Source: Archangium sp. (GTDB lineage Bacteria; Myxococcota; Myxococcia; Myxococcales; Myxococcaceae). From it: a stretch of 10,853 bases of DNA. The notes below the pieces were generated by a model. The model saw nothing but the letters and a program-made list of their open reading frames with translations. It had not been told where the DNA came from and made no database searches. Both the position numbers and the translations under genes were made by a program. Location of the stretch: the NCBI GenBank assembly GCA_016792935.1, contig JAEUJS010000433.1, forward strand, positions 1 to 10,853. The letters are read 5' to 3'. Shown here in pieces: positions 1-6,395 of the stretch (the stretch's first letter is position 1; every line of letters begins with the position of its first letter).

Positions 1-876
1 GTGGTTCAGCGCATCGACGCCGGCCTTCACCGCGAGCATCGCATCGTCTGCGTTGCCGACGTGCGCGACCGCCTTCAAGCCACGCTTGTGCGCCGCCTCG
101 ACGATGGCCTTCAGGTGCGCTTCTTCGAGGCGCGGCATGCCACCGGGCAAATCGTCGACCACCATCTTCACGAACGACGCGCCGTTGGACTTCATCTTCT
201 CGACCGCGGCGTCGGCGTCGGCCGGCGTCTCGATCTCGTACGCGAAGTCGGGAATGAGCGGCCCGAGCACCGTCGGCAGAATCTCGTTCTTCGACGCCGC
301 CGGGTGACCTCCAGTGCGCGTGATGGGAGAGCCCGCAGCGACGATGCGCGGCCCAACCCACGCACCGCTCGCCAGCTGCGCTCTCGCGTCCTTCATCTGC
401 TTCGCGTCGTCTCCCATGCTGACGACCGACGTGACGCCGGAGAAGACGTACGCCTCGAGCGAGTGTTTTCCGTCGGGGAGCGCGAGGTACCAGGGCGGCG
501 CGGCGGTGTTGAAGAGATGCACATGCGCGTCGATGAGCCCGGGCAACAACGTCTTCCCGGTGCCGTCGATTGCCCCAGCAGGCTCGCCTGCTGATGTGAT
601 GACACGCCCGGTTCCATCTGGGCCACCGGCGCTCGCTTCGCTCACCATGCGGCCGATGCTGACAATCTTTCCGTCAGCGACGACGACCTGCTGCCCCTCG
701 AGCACGCCCGCATCGGTGGCGGTGAAGACACGCACGTTCGAGAACACGAGCCGCTCGGGCGCGCCACGCTTCACGAGCGGCCGCCACGTCACGCGCTTCA
801 CCGTCTTCGCGAGAAACCCGCCCAACCCCACCACCGCCACGAGCAGCACCGCGCCCAGCAGCTTGAGGATTCGCAT
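1..876 (-). CDS. Amidohydrolase-superfamily metal-dependent hydrolase with N-terminal signal/membrane anchor; C-terminal end runs off the window
   Basis: Not in the supplied ORF track because it is open to the window edge. Hand translation of the minus strand from ATG (complement of 876..874) gives MRILKLLGAVLLVAVVGLGGFLAKTVKRVTWRPLV...VVVADGKIVSIGR...GKTLLPGLIDAHVHLFN...GPRIVAAGSPITRTGGHP...ASFVKMVVDD...AIVEAAHKRGLKAVAHVGN. It is open for all 292 codons. GLIDAHVH is the HxH metal-binding motif of the amidohydrolase fold, preceded by the usual 'DG-I--IG' beta-sandwich segment. The overlapping + strand ORFs (1..594, 314..898) are R/A/S/T-rich shadows. Confidence 0.85.
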   Translation of the reverse strand, partial: MRILKLLGAVLLVAVVGLGGFLAKTVKRVTWRPLVKRGAPERLVFSNVRVFTATDAGVLEGQQVVVADGKIVSIGRMVSEASAGGPDGTGRVITSAGEPAGAIDGTGKTLLPGLIDAHVHLFNTAAPPWYLALPDGKHSLEAYVFSGVTSVVSMGDDAKQMKDARAQLASGAWVGPRIVAAGSPITRTGGHPAASKNEILPTVLGPLIPDFAYEIETPADADAAVEKMKSNGASFVKMVVDDLPGGMPRLEEAHLKAIVEAAHKRGLKAVAHVGNADDAMLAVKAGVDALNH

Positions 877-936
877 CGCGCGGGACGTTGCCAGATAGTC
901 GCCAGTTCTCCTCGGGAGAAGTAGCCTGCTCAGTCC

Positions 937-1752
937 ATGCGCTTCGGACTCCTGATCGCGCTGTCGTGTGCTCTCGCTGCGCACGCCGCCAACCCGAAGG
1001 CCACCCAGCTCGCGAAGGAAGCGGACCGTCTCTACAAGGACAACAAGTACAAGGAAGCGGCTGAGACGCTGAAGCAGGCGTACGACGCAGAGCCGACCGC
1101 GCTCTACCTGTACAACATCGCGCGCGCGTACGACCAGGCGGCCGAGCTCGAGCTCTCGCTGGAGTACTACCGCAAGTACACCAGCCAGCCTTCCGACGAC
1201 ACGCAGCCCGACCTCGTGAAGAAGGCCAACCTCGCGATGGACCGCCTGCGCACGCTCGTCGCACGCGGAGAAGCCGACAAGAAGGTGAACGACGCCGAGA
1301 AGAAGCGGCTCGAAGAAGACGCCAAGAAGGCCGAAGCGCGCGCCGAAGCCGAAGCCAGCGAGGCGCGCAAACAGCGCCGTGAGTTCGAAGCGAAAGAGAA
1401 GGCGCGACGCGAAGCTGAAAATCAGCGCATCAACGGCCGCAAGCTCATCGCGTACGTCACCGGCGGCGTGGGCATCGCGGGGCTCGGCAGCGCGCTCACC
1501 TTCGGCCTCATCGCCAACACCAACAAGGAAGCGTTCCGCAAAGCCGAGACGCTGCAGGACAAGAAGCGGCTCGAAGCCGAGACGCGCGGCACGGCAGCGG
1601 TCGCTGACATCACGCTCCTCGTCGGAGTCGCCGCCGCCGTCGCCACCGTCATCATCTATCCGAAGGACGGAGAACCCGACAAAGCGGTGAACGTCGTGCT
1701 CGTGCCCATGGCCGGTGGCGGAGCCATGGCGGGCATCGGAGGCACGTTCTGA
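937..1752 (+). CDS. Secreted or membrane-anchored TPR-like/coiled-coil protein (signal peptide, charged K/E/A-rich helix, two C-terminal hydrophobic segments)
   Basis: 271-aa ORF. N-terminal signal-like MRFGLLIALSCALAAHA. TPR-like helices (YKDNKYKEAAETLKQAYDAEPTALYLYNIARAYDQAAELELSLEYYRKY). Long charged segment (AEKKRLEEDAKKAEARAEAEASEARKQRREFEAKEKARREAENQR). Two hydrophobic stretches (LIAYVTGGVGIAGLGSALTFGLIA and ITLLVGVAAAVATVIIY). High GC3. Its stop overlaps the next start by 1 nt. Confidence 0.8.
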   Translation: MRFGLLIALSCALAAHAANPKATQLAKEADRLYKDNKYKEAAETLKQAYDAEPTALYLYNIARAYDQAAELELSLEYYRKYTSQPSDDTQPDLVKKANLAMDRLRTLVARGEADKKVNDAEKKRLEEDAKKAEARAEAEASEARKQRREFEAKEKARREAENQRINGRKLIAYVTGGVGIAGLGSALTFGLIANTNKEAFRKAETLQDKKRLEAETRGTAAVADITLLVGVAAAVATVIIYPKDGEPDKAVNVVLVPMAGGGAMAGIGGTF

Positions 1753-3167
1753 TGCGCCGGCTGGTTCTCGGAATCGTCGCGCTGGTGGCGGGCTCGTGCA
1801 GCTTCACCACCGCCGGCAACTTCGTGGAGTGCAAGAACGACGTCGACTGCGGCGCGGCGACCGCGTGCAGCAGCGGCTACTGCATTCCGCTCCCTTCGGG
1901 CTGCAAGCGCGACGAGGCCGGCGGCAAGCGCAAGGCGTTCGAAGAGGAGTCGCGCATTCCACTCGTCGCGCTCTTCCCCATCACCACGTCGAGCGGCGCC
2001 TTCGACGACTCGCAGGTGCAGAGCGCCAACGCCATCAAGCTCGCCATCTCGGAAGCGAACGACCGCCTGAGCCCCGACCGCGGCTTCTTCGGGCTCTTCG
2101 TGTGCGACACCACGCTCGCTCCCGATGCGGGCGGCATCAACGCGCAGGCGCCGTGGTTCATCACCAACCTGAACGCGCCGGCGATGTTCACCGCGAACTC
2201 GGGACCGACGCGTGAGCTGACGTTGAATGCGGTGCGACGCGATGCGGGTACGTTGATCATCTCTCCCAACGCGACGAGCCCCGAGCTGTCGGTCATCTTC
2301 CAGGAAGACCCCAACGTGTGGCGCGTCGCTCCGCCCGACAACTTCCAGGCGCAGGTGCTGGCGCGGGTGTTGGCCGCCGACCTGCCCGACGCCGGAGCCT
2401 CGCGCATCGCCATCATCTATCCCTCGCCCGACTCGTACGGCGACGGCTTCGCGAACCCGCTCCTCGAGGAGCTCGTGGCGCGCGGCTACACGACGTCGCT
2501 GCACCCGTACACCGAGGGCGACGGCAACACGCACATCTCGGCCATCAACGGAGCGGTCGGCAAACTCCCGCATGCCTCGGTCATCATCGGCACGCCCACC
2601 GACGCCGTGCCCATCATCGAACGCGCGAAGACCTTCCCGGTGCTGCGCCGCTCGAGCGGTCATCGCTGGTACTTCACTGATTCCGGCAAGGACGTGGCGC
2701 TCATCACGCCCAACACCATCACGGAGATCGACGGCGCGTTCGGCACGGCTCCGGCGCAGGGAGCAGGCGCGGCGTTCACCACCTTCCGCGACGTGTTCAC
2801 CACGCGCTACTCCATCGACCCCAACTCGACGAACTTCGTCTCGCACAGCTACGACGCCGCGTGGTTGGTGATGCTCGCCGCGCAGTACGCAGAGGGAAAA
2901 GAGCCCGCCGACCGCACGAAGATCACCGGCCCACGCCTCGCGGAAGGCATGGCCAAGCTCTCGCTCTCGTCGGGCCCCGCGACGCAGCTGCGCGCCGACA
3001 AGTGGACCGAGCTGCAGACCGCGCTCTCGGGCGGCATCGCCACCAACGTCGAAGGCTCGTCGGGTCAGCTCGACTTCAGCATCGACGCGGGCTTCGCGAT
3101 GTCTCCCTACGAGGTGTGGCAGATCGCCGACGCGGGCATCACCGTGCGGCGCTTGATGACGCCCTGA
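1752..3167 (+). CDS. Lipoprotein with type-1 periplasmic binding protein fold (Leu/Ile/Val-binding / ANF-receptor-like solute-binding protein)
   Basis: 471-aa ORF. Lipobox LVAGSC, then a Cys-rich linker (CKNDVDCGAATACSSGYCIPLPSGC). Motifs typical of PBP1 solute binders: IISPNATSPELS, SYDAAWLVMLAAQYA, VEGSSGQLDFSIDAG. The ATG at 1752 overlaps the upstream TGA (TGATG). Confidence 0.8.
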   Translation: MRRLVLGIVALVAGSCSFTTAGNFVECKNDVDCGAATACSSGYCIPLPSGCKRDEAGGKRKAFEEESRIPLVALFPITTSSGAFDDSQVQSANAIKLAISEANDRLSPDRGFFGLFVCDTTLAPDAGGINAQAPWFITNLNAPAMFTANSGPTRELTLNAVRRDAGTLIISPNATSPELSVIFQEDPNVWRVAPPDNFQAQVLARVLAADLPDAGASRIAIIYPSPDSYGDGFANPLLEELVARGYTTSLHPYTEGDGNTHISAINGAVGKLPHASVIIGTPTDAVPIIERAKTFPVLRRSSGHRWYFTDSGKDVALITPNTITEIDGAFGTAPAQGAGAAFTTFRDVFTTRYSIDPNSTNFVSHSYDAAWLVMLAAQYAEGKEPADRTKITGPRLAEGMAKLSLSSGPATQLRADKWTELQTALSGGIATNVEGSSGQLDFSIDAGFAMSPYEVWQIADAGITVRRLMTP

Positions 3168-3548
3168 TCATCTCGCCTGGTTCATCCACGCGACGAAGGC
3201 CGCTGCGACTTCTCGCTCGTGGCCTTCGTCACGCTTCAGGCTCTCCAACGCGTAGGTGAAGCGACAGCCGCTCGGCGTGTCTTCGAACGACGCCATGCCG
3301 CTCACCGCGTCCCGCACACCCGACGACGGAACCCACCGCACCTTCTTCGCCGCGTCGTCGTACGCGTAGACGAGCGCATACGAGAGCGACTCGCCGAACT
3401 CGTAGAAGACCTCGAGCGGCCGACCGTTCTCGTCGCTGCGCACCACGCGCGCGCGCCTGAGCCCTGGGAGCCAGAGCCGCGCGACCTTGAGGTCCACGAA
3501 CTCGTCGAACGCGCGCTGCGCACTACCGGGAATCACTGCTTCGAACAT
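3168..3548 (-). CDS. SRPBCC-superfamily (START / polyketide cyclase-dehydrase-like) small protein
   Basis: 126-aa ORF MFEAVIPGSAQRAFDEFVDLKVARLWLPGL...FYEFGESLSYALVYAYDD...SGMASFEDTPSGCRFTYALES. Its size and alternating beta/helix pattern resemble SRPBCC ligand-binding proteins. Good GC3. Its stop abuts the stop of the convergent gene (TGATCA). The family assignment is from memory of sequence patterns and was not searched. Confidence 0.7.
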   Translation of the reverse strand: MFEAVIPGSAQRAFDEFVDLKVARLWLPGLRRARVVRSDENGRPLEVFYEFGESLSYALVYAYDDAAKKVRWVPSSGVRDAVSGMASFEDTPSGCRFTYALESLKRDEGHEREVAAAFVAWMNQAR

Positions 3549-3570
3549 CGTGTCGAGACGGTAACGGGAA

Positions 3571-3609
3571 ACGCGCGCGTTGGCTGTGACGGCTGTGTGA
3601 CGCGCGCGT
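3571..3609. promoter_or_regulatory. Candidate operator in a 74-bp divergent intergenic region: two copies of the 10-bp palindrome ACGCGCGCGT flanking a GGCTGTG direct repeat
   Basis: ACGCGCGCGT at 3571-3580 and 3600-3609; each is its own reverse complement. Between them GGCTGTG occurs at 3582-3588 and 3591-3597. The element lies between divergent starts at 3548 (-) and 3623 (+). Confidence 0.3.
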
Positions 3610-3622
3610 ATACCGTCGAGCC

Positions 3623-4312
3623 ATGGACCTCCAGCAGGTGCCCGCTCCGCCGCGTGAAGCCTCGACCAACGCGATGAAGGCGTTGGTGCAGCGCCGACGC
3701 ATGGCGATGTTCGGAGTGCTCTTCCCCGCCGTGGTGACGACCGGACTCGCGGTTTGGGCCGGCCCGCAGGTGGTGGAAGACCTGAAGTTCGATTTCGGAA
3801 AACCCGAAGTGGTGAAGGGCCACATCACCGCGACGCAGGTGCAGAAGTCGAGCAAGGGGCGGACCTACGCGTACTGCGCCGACTTCGTGGACGACGAGGG
3901 GCGCGGGCTCAGTGGCAACACGTGCGGCCTCCCGCTCACCACGCAGGTCGGCCCGGTCGAGCTCGAGGTGTTGGAATCGAAGGCGCGCGTGCGCGGCGGC
4001 CGCAACGTTCCTGAGTTCATCGCCGGGTTGGTGGTGTTCGTCGACACCATCTACTTCTTCGTCGGCATCGCGTTGTGGATGCGCGCACGGCGAGAGCTGC
4101 AAGCGATGCGCGAAGGCACGGCGGTCATCGGCACCGCGCTCGGCTCACAGCGAATCAAGAGCAGCACGCGCGTGAAGGTTCGCTACCTCGCCGAGACCGA
4201 GGAGATCGAAAGCTCGACGCTGCTGCCCGGTTCGCTGGAGTTCGCGGCGGGTGAGCGCGTGGTGGTGCTCTTTCATCCGCGCTTTCCGAAGATCTTCGTG
4301 CTGTGGCGGTGA
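3623..4312 (+). CDS. Membrane protein with two TM helices, each followed by a DUF3592-like beta-rich module
   Basis: 229-aa ORF. TM1 is MFGVLFPAVVTTGLAVWAG and TM2 is FIAGLVVFVDTIYFFVGIALWM. The module after TM2 (GTAVIGTALGSQRIKSSTRVKVRYLAETEEIESSTLLPGSLEFAAGERVVVLFHPRFPKIFVLW) follows the DUF3592 pattern ending in a 'V-V-Y/F-P--P' strand. The true start could be an internal Met (3674 or 3701). Confidence 0.7.
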   Translation: MDLQQVPAPPREASTNAMKALVQRRRMAMFGVLFPAVVTTGLAVWAGPQVVEDLKFDFGKPEVVKGHITATQVQKSSKGRTYAYCADFVDDEGRGLSGNTCGLPLTTQVGPVELEVLESKARVRGGRNVPEFIAGLVVFVDTIYFFVGIALWMRARRELQAMREGTAVIGTALGSQRIKSSTRVKVRYLAETEEIESSTLLPGSLEFAAGERVVVLFHPRFPKIFVLWR

Positions 4313-4314
4313 CG

Positions 4315-5025
4315 ATGCGTCGCGTCGATCAACTCTTGAGCGCGCTCGGCTACTGCAGCCGCAAAGAAGCGCGCGCGTTGTGCGCTGACGGCCGCGTCGA
4401 GCTCGATGGAGCGGCCCTCACGGACGCGAGCGAACGTGTCGATGGCACGCGCGTCACGCTCGACGGAGAGCCGCTCGAGTTTCCTGACGGGCTGCTGGTG
4501 CTCTTCCACAAGCCGGCCGGAGTGGTGTGCACGCACGACTCGCGCGAAGGCCAGCGCGTGTACGACCTGCTTCCTCCGCGGTGGCAGCAGCGAGATCCGA
4601 AGGTCACGACCGTGGGCCGGCTCGACAAGGAAACGTCTGGGCTGCTCGTCGTGACTGATCAGGGCGCGCTCGTGCAGCGCATGACGTCTCCCAAACACCA
4701 CGTCGAGAAGACGTACGTCGCGACGCTCGATGCTGACGTTCCGGCTTCGCTGGTCGACGTCTTCGCGCGCGGCATCGAACTGCGTGAAGGCAACGAGACG
4801 GAGCGAACTGAGCCGGCCGTTCTTCGCATCAACAGTGCTCGTGAAGCAGAGGTCACGGTGAAGGAAGGCCGTTATCACCAGGTCCGCCGCATGTTCGCCG
4901 CCCAGGGTCTTCACGTCGTGACGTTGCACCGCACGCGGTTCGGACCGTGGCGCCTCGACGCGTCACTCGCGCCAGGAGAATGGCGTGCACTCGAATTGAG
5001 CGAGACCGATGTCGCGTCACGCTGA
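4315..5025 (+). CDS. rsuA: RsuA-family pseudouridine synthase (S4 domain plus catalytic domain; most like 16S rRNA pseudouridine-516 synthase)
   Basis: MRRVDQLLSALGYCSRKEARALCADGRVELDG is an S4 RNA-binding domain. VLFHKPAGVVCT and the catalytic-Asp motif GRLDKETSGLLVVTDQG follow, then KTYVATL and EGRYHQVRRMFAA, all hallmarks of the RsuA/RluB/E/F family. The ATG at 4315 sits 2 nt after the upstream TGA. The track's GTG at 4303 is an alternative start. The exact rRNA target cannot be fixed from sequence alone. Confidence 0.9.
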   Translation: MRRVDQLLSALGYCSRKEARALCADGRVELDGAALTDASERVDGTRVTLDGEPLEFPDGLLVLFHKPAGVVCTHDSREGQRVYDLLPPRWQQRDPKVTTVGRLDKETSGLLVVTDQGALVQRMTSPKHHVEKTYVATLDADVPASLVDVFARGIELREGNETERTEPAVLRINSAREAEVTVKEGRYHQVRRMFAAQGLHVVTLHRTRFGPWRLDASLAPGEWRALELSETDVASR

Positions 5026-5959
5026 GCCGAAGCCCCCTGGGGCGACGGGGTTGGGTAGTGAAGCGCCGCTCGCGACGGGCCCGGCTCACGCGCTGATGCA
5101 CCTCACCGTCTTCGTGTGGGGCTTCACCGCGATTCTCGGGCGATTGATTTCGATCTCCGCGCTGCCGCTCGTCTTCTATCGACTCATCGTCGTCGTCAGC
5201 GTGATGCCCGTCATCATCCGGTGGCGCGGCTTGGCGTTGCGCGTGCCTCCGGCGCAGCTGCGAAAGTTCGCGCTGGTGGGAGCGCTCGTCGCCATTCACT
5301 GGCTCTGCTTCTACGGTTGCATCAAGTACGCGGGCATCGCGGTCGCGGTGCTCACGTTGTCGACGCTGACGTTCTTCACCGCGCTGCTCGAGCCGCTGGT
5401 CTTCAAGCGCAAGCTCAGCGTGCCGGAGCTGGTCATTGGCTTCGGCGTGATGCTCGGCGTCAGCGTGCTCATCAAAGTCGAGACGCAGACCGACACGCTC
5501 GGGCTCGCGCTCGGGCTCGGCAGCGCGCTCTTCTCCGCCGGCTTTGGCGTGCTCAACGGTCAGCTGGCGCGAGAGGCGCGCGGCGAGGTGATGACGTTCT
5601 GGGAATTGCTCGCCGCGACCGTGGTGACCGCGCTGGTGTTCGCCGCGCAGCCTTCGCAGTTCGTCGCGCCGTGGTCGCTCACGCTCGCGGACCTCGGACT
5701 GCTGTTGCTGTTGGGAATCGGCTGCACCGTGCTCCCGTGGCTGTGGAACCTGCGCGTGCTGAAGACGCTCTCGCCGTACGCGCTCGCGCTCGCCGTCTCG
5801 CTCGAGCCCGTCTATTCGATGGTGCTCGCGTGGTTCATCTTTCCGAACGCCGAGCAGCTCACGTGGCGCTTCTACGCGGGCAGCTCGGTGCTCATCGCGC
5901 TCGTCGCGTTGAACACGTGGATGCGAAGACCGCAGCAGCCCGTGCCCGCGACGAGTTGA
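5009..5959 (+). CDS. DMT-superfamily (EamA-like) 10-TM transporter
   Basis: 316-aa ORF, almost entirely hydrophobic helices arranged in two halves (FVWGFTAILGRLIS... and LGSALFSAGFGVLNGQLA...LSPYALALAVSLEPVYSMVLAWFIF), typical of the EamA duplication. It overlaps the rsuA-like stop by 17 nt. An internal Met at 5096 is an alternative start. Confidence 0.85.
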   Translation: MSRHAEPKPPGATGLGSEAPLATGPAHALMHLTVFVWGFTAILGRLISISALPLVFYRLIVVVSVMPVIIRWRGLALRVPPAQLRKFALVGALVAIHWLCFYGCIKYAGIAVAVLTLSTLTFFTALLEPLVFKRKLSVPELVIGFGVMLGVSVLIKVETQTDTLGLALGLGSALFSAGFGVLNGQLAREARGEVMTFWELLAATVVTALVFAAQPSQFVAPWSLTLADLGLLLLLGIGCTVLPWLWNLRVLKTLSPYALALAVSLEPVYSMVLAWFIFPNAEQLTWRFYAGSSVLIALVALNTWMRRPQQPVPATS

Positions 5960-5964
5960 ATGTG

Positions 5965-6040
5965 TGACTCCGGCGGGGGTTGAACCCGCAACCTCCCGGG
6001 TCATTACTCCGGGCGCTCTAGCCATTGGAGCTACGGAGCC
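5965..6040 (-). tRNA. tRNA-like gene with canonical cloverleaf but a 9-nt anticodon loop (AGUAAUGAC); amino-acid identity undetermined; no encoded CCA
   Basis: Minus-strand sequence folds as GGCTCCG TA GCTC CAATGGCTA GAGC G CCCGG AGTAATGAC CCGGG AGGTT GCGGG TTCAACC CCCGC CGGAGTC A. Acceptor stem is 7 bp with G2-U71. D stem is 4 bp. Anticodon stem is a perfect 5 bp (CCCGG/CCGGG). Variable loop is 5 nt. T stem is 5 bp with the canonical TTCAA loop. Discriminator is A73. A single nucleotide (26) before the anticodon stem and a 5-nt variable loop force the loop to 9 nt. The 7-nt alternative needs an A-C closing mismatch, 2 nt at position 26 and a 6-nt variable loop. The D loop starts with C where A14 is normally conserved, so it is divergent. 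Confidence 0.7.
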
Positions 6041-6050
6041 GTGAACGACG

Positions 6051-6395
6051 TTACCCCGTCGCTTGAACAGCGATGACGAGCGAATCCATCCAGCCCGACA
6101 CCGAGTGAAGCAGCGCCTCCTGGCTCGGGAGATCCGTCACGGCGTGACTCAGCGTGTACGTGATGCCCGACGACGTGACCGCGATGCGCTGCAGCCTCCC
6201 CGTCGTGTGCAGCTGCCCTTTGAGATGCCGACGCAAGCAATACAGCCGCGACGCGCGCGCCTTCGCGAGTAGCAGCGGGCCGGTGTCGAACGACGTGCCG
6301 GGTTCGCGGTGTTGACGCTGTTCCTTCTTCAACTGCTTCAGTTCGGTTTCGACGCTGCGCAGCGCCTCGCGCCATCGGGTGAGGTCGAGCTTCAT
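6051..6395 (-). CDS. Hypothetical 114-aa protein, translationally coupled to the upstream PTH2-like gene
   Basis: ATG (6395..6393) is preceded by a strong SD (AGGAGAATCACCATG) and overlaps the upstream stop as ATGA. Product is MKLDLTRWREALRSVETELKQLKKEQRQHREPGTSFDTGPLLLAKARASRLYCLRRHLKGQLHTTG...SGWMDSLVIAVQATG, with a TAA stop. The N-terminal 41 residues in the track ORF (6051..6518) lie upstream of this SD/ATG and overlap the PTH2-like frame, so I exclude them. I recognise no family. Confidence 0.7.
   Translation of the reverse strand: MKLDLTRWREALRSVETELKQLKKEQRQHREPGTSFDTGPLLLAKARASRLYCLRRHLKGQLHTTGRLQRIAVTSSGITYTLSHAVTDLPSQEALLHSVSGWMDSLVIAVQATG

Noticed and set aside
906-920. TTCTCC-TCG-GGAGAA hairpin or SD-like GGAGAA upstream of the 937 start
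   Set aside because: The stem is only 6 bp, and the GGAGAA is 16 nt from the ATG, too far for a functional SD. There is no supporting repeat elsewhere.
1261-1440. Repetitive-looking GAAG/GCCGAAGC-rich DNA as a tandem repeat or CRISPR-like array
   Set aside because: It is simply the codon pattern of a Lys/Glu/Ala-rich coiled-coil segment inside an intact ORF. There is no unit periodicity and no spacer structure.
1656-2846. Long antisense ORFs in the track (1656..2846 -, 4853..6025 -, 9178..10341 -, 7554..8300 -, 7942..8724 -, 674..1264 -, 1..594 +, 314..898 +, 5116..5967 +, 7181..7990 +, 8934..10052 +)
   Set aside because: They are Arg/Ala/Gly/Asp-rich or Ser/Thr/Pro-rich low-complexity translations lying opposite to, or out of frame with, genes that have clear family signatures. 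Such shadow ORFs are expected in high-GC DNA because stop codons are rare.
3165-3170. Back-to-back convergent stop codons forming TGATCA with zero intergenic spacing
   Set aside because: This is real, but common in compact high-GC genomes. No hairpin or terminator is visible, so it does not point to a function.
5900-5955. 9-bp inverted repeat CTCGTCGCG / CGCGACGAG, each followed by TTGAA, downstream of the tRNA 3' end, as a terminator
   Set aside because: The loop is 38 nt, there is no U-tract on the minus-strand transcript, and the repeat lies wholly within the DMT coding sequence. At most it is a weak processing structure.
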